Shown: one piece after another, positions 59,500-64,000 of the stretch
Layout: each line of letters begins with the position of its first letter
Position numbering within the stretch: position 1 is the first letter of the stretch
NCBI GenBank assembly: GCA_963748015.1
Contig: CAVVHE010000009.1
Location: 1 to 64,000, forward strand
Source of the DNA: Terriglobia bacterium
Lineage (GTDB): Bacteria > Acidobacteriota > Polarisedimenticolia > Polarisedimenticolales > JAIQFR01
Length of the DNA: 64,000 nucleotides
Direction of reading: 5' to 3'
Translations under genes and position numbers: made by a program
The notes under the pieces: generated by a model
Databases searched by the model: none
Told to the model about the DNA's origin: nothing
The model's input: only the letters and a program-made list of their open reading frames with translations

Positions 59500-60345
59500 C
59501 TACCAGACGCGCGCGGCGACGGGAACCTGCGCGCGGTCCAGGAGGTGGATTGCGTCCGTCGGGCACGCGGACCGGCAGACCCCGCAACCCCAGCAGTGCC
59601 TCTGGTCCACGGAGACCTTCTCGTCGGCCATGCTCCAGCTCATGGCCCCGAACGGGCACACGCGCTGGCAGTCGCGGCACCCGCCGCAGGCGTCCGCGTC
59701 CACCTCGGCCACGTACTCCGCCCGGAACATCACGGGGATCTCGTGGGTGACGGTCGCCCGCATCGCGAGGCAGTCGGCGCGGTCGCAGTTGCAGATCCCG
59801 CCGATGAACGGCGTCCGGAACGTCCACACCGTGTGGCAGACTCCATCCTTGTCCAGTTCCTTCATGAACGCGAGCGCTTCCGCCTTGGCCATGGTCTCCA
59901 GGCCCGCGGAGTCCGGCCCGGTCAAGAAGCTCCCGTCGAGTCCCTTCAGGATCTCGACGAGCCCGCCGCCGTTCGGCCGCATGCTCACGCCGAAGCAGAA
60001 CCGCTTCTCCTTGCCGGTGGTGATGCGGCGGCAGATGCAGGCGACCCGCACGATCGAGTTTACCATCTCGAGGATTCGCTCGATCTCCTCGATCGGGACG
60101 ACCTGGCCGTAGTGCACCTTCTTCGCCTTGCTGGTCGCGCGCCACGCGACCGCGCGCTTGACGAACCACGGCGCCTGCTCGAGAGCGGTCAAGCTGCGCA
60201 CCTGCTCCGCGATCGCCCCGGGGTCGGCGAAGAACTCCCGGATCATCTCGCGGCGGCGCACGTCGGAGAGCAGGTCTTCCGAGTAGTTGCGAGCGGAGAG
60301 GTACCACTTCTTGCCCTCTCCGTGCTTGAGGCAGAACTCGCACAT
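59500..60345 (-). CDS. 4Fe-4S ferredoxin-domain protein
   Basis: MCEFC N-terminus, CICR, ICNC, two CxxCxxCxxxCP motifs. Confidence 0.85.
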   Translation of the reverse strand: MCEFCLKHGEGKKWYLSARNYSEDLLSDVRRREMIREFFADPGAIAEQVRSLTALEQAPWFVKRAVAWRATSKAKKVHYGQVVPIEEIERILEMVNSIVRVACICRRITTGKEKRFCFGVSMRPNGGGLVEILKGLDGSFLTGPDSAGLETMAKAEALAFMKELDKDGVCHTVWTFRTPFIGGICNCDRADCLAMRATVTHEIPVMFRAEYVAEVDADACGGCRDCQRVCPFGAMSWSMADEKVSVDQRHCWGCGVCRSACPTDAIHLLDRAQVPVAARVW

Positions 60346-60537
60346 GGTGGCCTCCCTCGGATGGACGAGCAGGCCCGGCCGGCGGCGGAGCGACCTGTCT
60401 CCGCCGGATTCCGCCCCGAGGTTACGCCCGGCGGGGGCCGCCGTGCAATACGCCCCGGGTGATACCCTGCGGTCGAGTTTGGGGCCGGAGCGGTTAAACT
60501 CCCACGGTCGGCGGGGATCCTCCGCCGGGGAGACGGG

Positions 60538-63291
60538 ATGATCGGTCAGCGCCTCGGGCGCTACGTCGTGCAGGCTCGCGCCGGGTCGGGCGGCATGGGA
60601 GAGGTTTACCTCGCCACCGACACGCAACTCGACCGCCCGGTGGCGCTCAAGGTCCTGCCGCCCGAGCTGTCGGCCGATCCGAACCGCCGGGCGCGGCTGC
60701 TGCGCGAGGCCCGGCTCGCCGCCTCGCTGTCGCACCCGCACGTCGCCACGGTCCACGAGGTCTTCGAGCACGAGGGGATGCTCGTGCTCGCGATGGAGTA
60801 CGTCGAGGGCGAGTCGCTGCGCGAGCGCATCTCGGCCGGTCCGCTGCCCCTGCGCCAGGTGCTGCGAATCGGCGCACAGGTCGCGGACGCGCTCTCGGCC
60901 GCGCACCGCCGCGGCATCGTCCACCGCGACGTGAAGCCCGACAACGTCATGATCACCCCCGACGGCCTGGTCAAGGTGCTCGACTTCGGCCTCGCGAGGG
61001 GGCGCGAGCCCCGGACGGCCGAGGACGTCAGCGACCAGACGATGACGGCGACGCCGCAGCTGAGCGAGGCCGGACAGGTGCTCGGCACCCTCGGCTACCT
61101 CGCGCCCGAGCAGGCGCGTGGTCTGCCCGCGCAGCCCGAGACCGACATCTACGCCCTCGGCGTCACGCTGTACGAGGCCGCCACGGGTCGCAGGCCGTTC
61201 GTCGCCGACTCGACCGCCGGCGTGGTCGCGGCGATCCTCCGCGACTCGCCCCCGCTCGCGTCGTCCCTGAACCCGGAGCTACCGCCCGATCTCGACCGCA
61301 TCCTCGCGCGAGCCATGGCCAAGGAGCCGGCGGAGCGCTACCGCGACGCGAGGGACATGGGGGGCGATCTTCGCGAGCTGCGGCGCAGGATCGAATCCGC
61401 CGATTCCACGGACTCCATGGTCGCGGCGCGACTGCCCCGGCGCCGTCGCTGGCTCCCCTTCGCGGGCGCGGGGGCGGCGGTCGTCGTGATCGCGGCCGCC
61501 CTGTTCGCGTGGCGTGCCACGCATCGCGAGACGACGCCGAAGGGCCTGCCGTCGCCGGGCCAGCTGCGGGTGCTGATGTCCACCGAGGGGCCGGTGGAGG
61601 GCGTCGCCCTCTCGCGGGACGGCAAGATGCTCGCGTACGCGGCGGAGGACGGCGGCCGCGTGGATCTCTTCGTTTCGCGCACGGGAGGTGGCGGCCGCGT
61701 CCGGCTCACCGACGACAGCGCGCGGGAAGAGGACCCCGTCTTCTCTCCCGACGGCGACCGCCTCGCGTTCACCCGCTGGAATCCAGCCAGCGGAGAGCCC
61801 GAGATCCGCGTGGCTCCCGCGCTCGGCGGCGAGGCGCGGCTGATCCACGAGAGCGCGCAGTCGCCGGCCTGGTCCCCGGACGGCTCGCGGCTCGCATGCA
61901 TCTCGCGGCGCCCCGACGGGCGGTCCGCGCTCGTGACGATCGCGAGCGACGGCAGCGCGCAGCGCGAGCTCCTCGCGGCCAGCGCGGACTACCCGTTCCT
62001 GCGCGCCGTGGACTGGTCGCCCGACGGGTCCATGCTCGTGGTGGAGCGCAGCCAGGGTGGGATGGCGGGCGAGCTCTGGCTCGTGCCCGCCGGGGGCGGC
62101 GCCGCCCGGCGCGCCGTCCAGGATCCGCCGGGAGTGGTCAGCCACTCGCCGGTCTTCGCGGGAAACGGACGAAGCGTCGTCTACTCCTCGAATCGCGGCG
62201 GGGCGCTGAACCTCTGGAGCCTGCCGATCGATCCCCCCGGCGAGCCCGCGCGTCTCACCAGCGGGCCGGGTCCGGACATCCAGCCCACCGTATCCGCCGA
62301 CGGCAGGATCGCGTTCGTCAACGCGCGATCCCGCACCGCGCTGCTCGTGCTCGGCCTCGACACGGGCGAGGTGCGGGAGCTTCTGCGCGGATCGGCGCTC
62401 ATCTGGGGGCCTTCCTTCTCTCCCGACGGCCGGGAGATCGCCTTCGACCGGGGAGAGCCCAACGGCGAGTGGCACATCTGGATCGTCCCGGCCGAGGGAG
62501 GAACCGCGCGGCAGCTCACCTCGGGCGCCCTCCGGGAGATGTACCCGCGGTTCACGCCGGACGGAGCGTCGGTGCTTTTCAATCACTGGACGCCCGGGCC
62601 CGACGGCGTCTGGCGCGTGCCCCGCGCCGGCGGCCCGCCCGTCGCCGTGACCCCCGCGCGCGACGGCGACGACAGCTGGGCGGACGTGTCGCCCGACGGC
62701 AAGTGGATCGTTTTCACCCGCACCGAGGGGAACACGGACCGCATCTACCTCGCGGAGCTCGAGAGCGCGGGCGCGGCGCGGCCGCTGGCCGACGCTCCCT
62801 CGACGGTGGCGAAGTGGTCTCCGGACGGCAGCCTCATCGCCTACGCGCCCGACCGGACGCTCGAGGGCGCCGTCCGCGTCGTGCGCCCGGACGGCTCGGG
62901 CAGCCGCGTCGTCGCGTCCCCCGGCGGCTGGCCGTTCTGGTTCGCCGACGGGAAGCGCCTCGGCTACCTCGCGGTCGGCAAGGACGCCAACGCGGAGATC
63001 CGCGTCGTGCGCGTCGACGGCGGCGGGCCTCCCGAGCGGCTCGACGGTATCCGCTTCCGCGGGACGAACTACCCGTGCAGCGTCTCCCGCGACGGGCGCT
63101 TTCTCGCGACCGCCAACGCCGTGGACACGACCTCGGAGCCGACATCTGGCTGCCTCCGAGCCTTCTCGGAACGCACCTCCACGGGCCTAGCCCCGGCCGT
63201 GCTCGCGAAGCCACAGCTCGGTGAAGAGGGCGCCCCAGAGGAAGTTGAGGACGGAGTGCCGCAGCGTTCTCCCCTGCGCCGCGTCCGATAG
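60538..63291 (+). CDS. Hanks-type Ser/Thr kinase with TM helix and TolB/PD40 beta-propeller; 3' end probably frameshifted
   Basis: GSGGMGEVY, VALK, HRDVKPDN, DFG, APE; multiple WSPDG repeats. Confidence 0.92.
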   Translation: MIGQRLGRYVVQARAGSGGMGEVYLATDTQLDRPVALKVLPPELSADPNRRARLLREARLAASLSHPHVATVHEVFEHEGMLVLAMEYVEGESLRERISAGPLPLRQVLRIGAQVADALSAAHRRGIVHRDVKPDNVMITPDGLVKVLDFGLARGREPRTAEDVSDQTMTATPQLSEAGQVLGTLGYLAPEQARGLPAQPETDIYALGVTLYEAATGRRPFVADSTAGVVAAILRDSPPLASSLNPELPPDLDRILARAMAKEPAERYRDARDMGGDLRELRRRIESADSTDSMVAARLPRRRRWLPFAGAGAAVVVIAAALFAWRATHRETTPKGLPSPGQLRVLMSTEGPVEGVALSRDGKMLAYAAEDGGRVDLFVSRTGGGGRVRLTDDSAREEDPVFSPDGDRLAFTRWNPASGEPEIRVAPALGGEARLIHESAQSPAWSPDGSRLACISRRPDGRSALVTIASDGSAQRELLAASADYPFLRAVDWSPDGSMLVVERSQGGMAGELWLVPAGGGAARRAVQDPPGVVSHSPVFAGNGRSVVYSSNRGGALNLWSLPIDPPGEPARLTSGPGPDIQPTVSADGRIAFVNARSRTALLVLGLDTGEVRELLRGSALIWGPSFSPDGREIAFDRGEPNGEWHIWIVPAEGGTARQLTSGALREMYPRFTPDGASVLFNHWTPGPDGVWRVPRAGGPPVAVTPARDGDDSWADVSPDGKWIVFTRTEGNTDRIYLAELESAGAARPLADAPSTVAKWSPDGSLIAYAPDRTLEGAVRVVRPDGSGSRVVASPGGWPFWFADGKRLGYLAVGKDANAEIRVVRVDGGGPPERLDGIRFRGTNYPCSVSRDGRFLATANAVDTTSEPTSGCLRAFSERTSTGLAPAVLAKPQLGEEGAPEEVEDGVPQRSPLRRVR

Positions 63292-63999
63292 CAGCTCCTC
63301 GAGCACGCGCGACGGCACGACCTCGGCCACGGCGGCGCCGGGATCGAGCAGCACCTCGCGCGCCCTGCGGTTGAACTCGCCCTGCGCGAGCCAGCGAGCG
63401 AAGGGCGGCACGAACCCGCTCTTCCTGCGGTAGATGAACGACGGCGGCATGAACTCCTCGAGCAGCTTCTTGAGGGGCCACTTCACGACGCCGTCGCGGA
63501 TCTTGGCGTCCCACGGGATCCTTCCCTGCTCGACGAGGATCTCCCGCCACAGGTAGGGGTACACCACGCGGATCCCCAGGCTCTCGCCGACCGAGAGCGC
63601 CTTCGCGGCCCACCGACGGCTGTTCACGTGCATGAGCTGCCGGATCGTCGTGAGGGTCCGGTAGCTCGGGCGCCCGGCGTCCTCGCCGCAGGAGGAGAAG
63701 ACCTCCTCGAGCATCGTCGCGAGCTCGCCGTCCCACCCGGGCGCGGTCTTCAATCCGAGGTACGCCACGGGCGCGACCACGAGGAAGTAGGTCAGCGCCG
63801 ACTTTTCGTGCACGTCGGCGAGGGCCGAGAGGCGCGCGAGCAATCCCTCTTGCGATTCCCACTTCCAGTGGGGGAAGCGGACCATGGCGAGGGACAGCGC
63901 GCGCTTGAGGCCGGCGGGGAAGCGGTGCTTCATCGCGAACTTCGACTCGTTGCCGAGGTCACCGAAGCCGAAGCAGTCGTCGCCGCCGTTGCACTCGAC
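63187..63999 (-). CDS. asparagine synthetase-like protein, C-terminal part (5' end outside window)
   Basis: NGGDDCFG (cf. GGDELF), RVVYPYL, KWPLKK, RRKSGFVPP..WL; frame open to window edge. Confidence 0.75.
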   Translation of the reverse strand, partial: VECNGGDDCFGFGDLGNESKFAMKHRFPAGLKRALSLAMVRFPHWKWESQEGLLARLSALADVHEKSALTYFLVVAPVAYLGLKTAPGWDGELATMLEEVFSSCGEDAGRPSYRTLTTIRQLMHVNSRRWAAKALSVGESLGIRVVYPYLWREILVEQGRIPWDAKIRDGVVKWPLKKLLEEFMPPSFIYRRKSGFVPPFARWLAQGEFNRRAREVLLDPGAAVAEVVPSRVLEELLSDAAQGRTLRHSVLNFLWGALFTELWLREHGRG

Positions 64000-64000
64000 G

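Noticed and set aside
63120..63291. Long convergent overlap between kinase and asparagine-synthetase-like gene
   Set aside because: An ADIWL propeller ending appears in another frame near 63137, so the extension is probably a frameshift artefact.
1..64000. CRISPR array, tRNA, rRNA, transposase or integrase
   Set aside because: No regularly spaced repeats, recognisable RNA genes or recombinase motifs were seen by eye.

Overview
High-GC bacterial DNA, probably from an Acidobacteriota-like organism (inferred from gene content only). Frameshifts cluster at about 2-11 kb and about 63.1 kb and look like long-read errors. From left to right: (1) An accessory block upstream of dprA-topA with a NYN nuclease, a ~7 kb multidomain S8 protease and an AAA/DUF4143 ATPase, punctuated by relic copies of the dprA promoter/5' end and by a split repeat. 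(2) Housekeeping and envelope genes: topA, alr, rfbB/rfbA, M23 and M48 peptidases, an RNase Z-like protein and an AI-2E transporter. (3) The main finding, an ~18.5 kb lipid/polyketide cluster (30960-49514). It combines aryl-polyene-like type II machinery (ammonia-lyase, acyl-CoA ligase, two hotdog dehydratases, ACP, KS plus CLF-like partner, GT2, acyltransferase, deacetylase, LolA-like carrier, LolCDE-like ABC) with a tetraether-synthase (Tes/MJ0619)-like radical SAM enzyme and two cobalamin-dependent radical SAM enzymes. (4) An ECF sigma/anti-sigma operon, an intact RelE-type TA pair and an orphan BrnA with a deleted brnT, ybbP/ybbA/tesA, a glyoxalase, PDRP, a ferredoxin-like protein, a Ser/Thr kinase and a partial asparagine-synthetase-like gene. 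Three ~170-200 bp intergenic fold-back elements are present; two share a covarying core.
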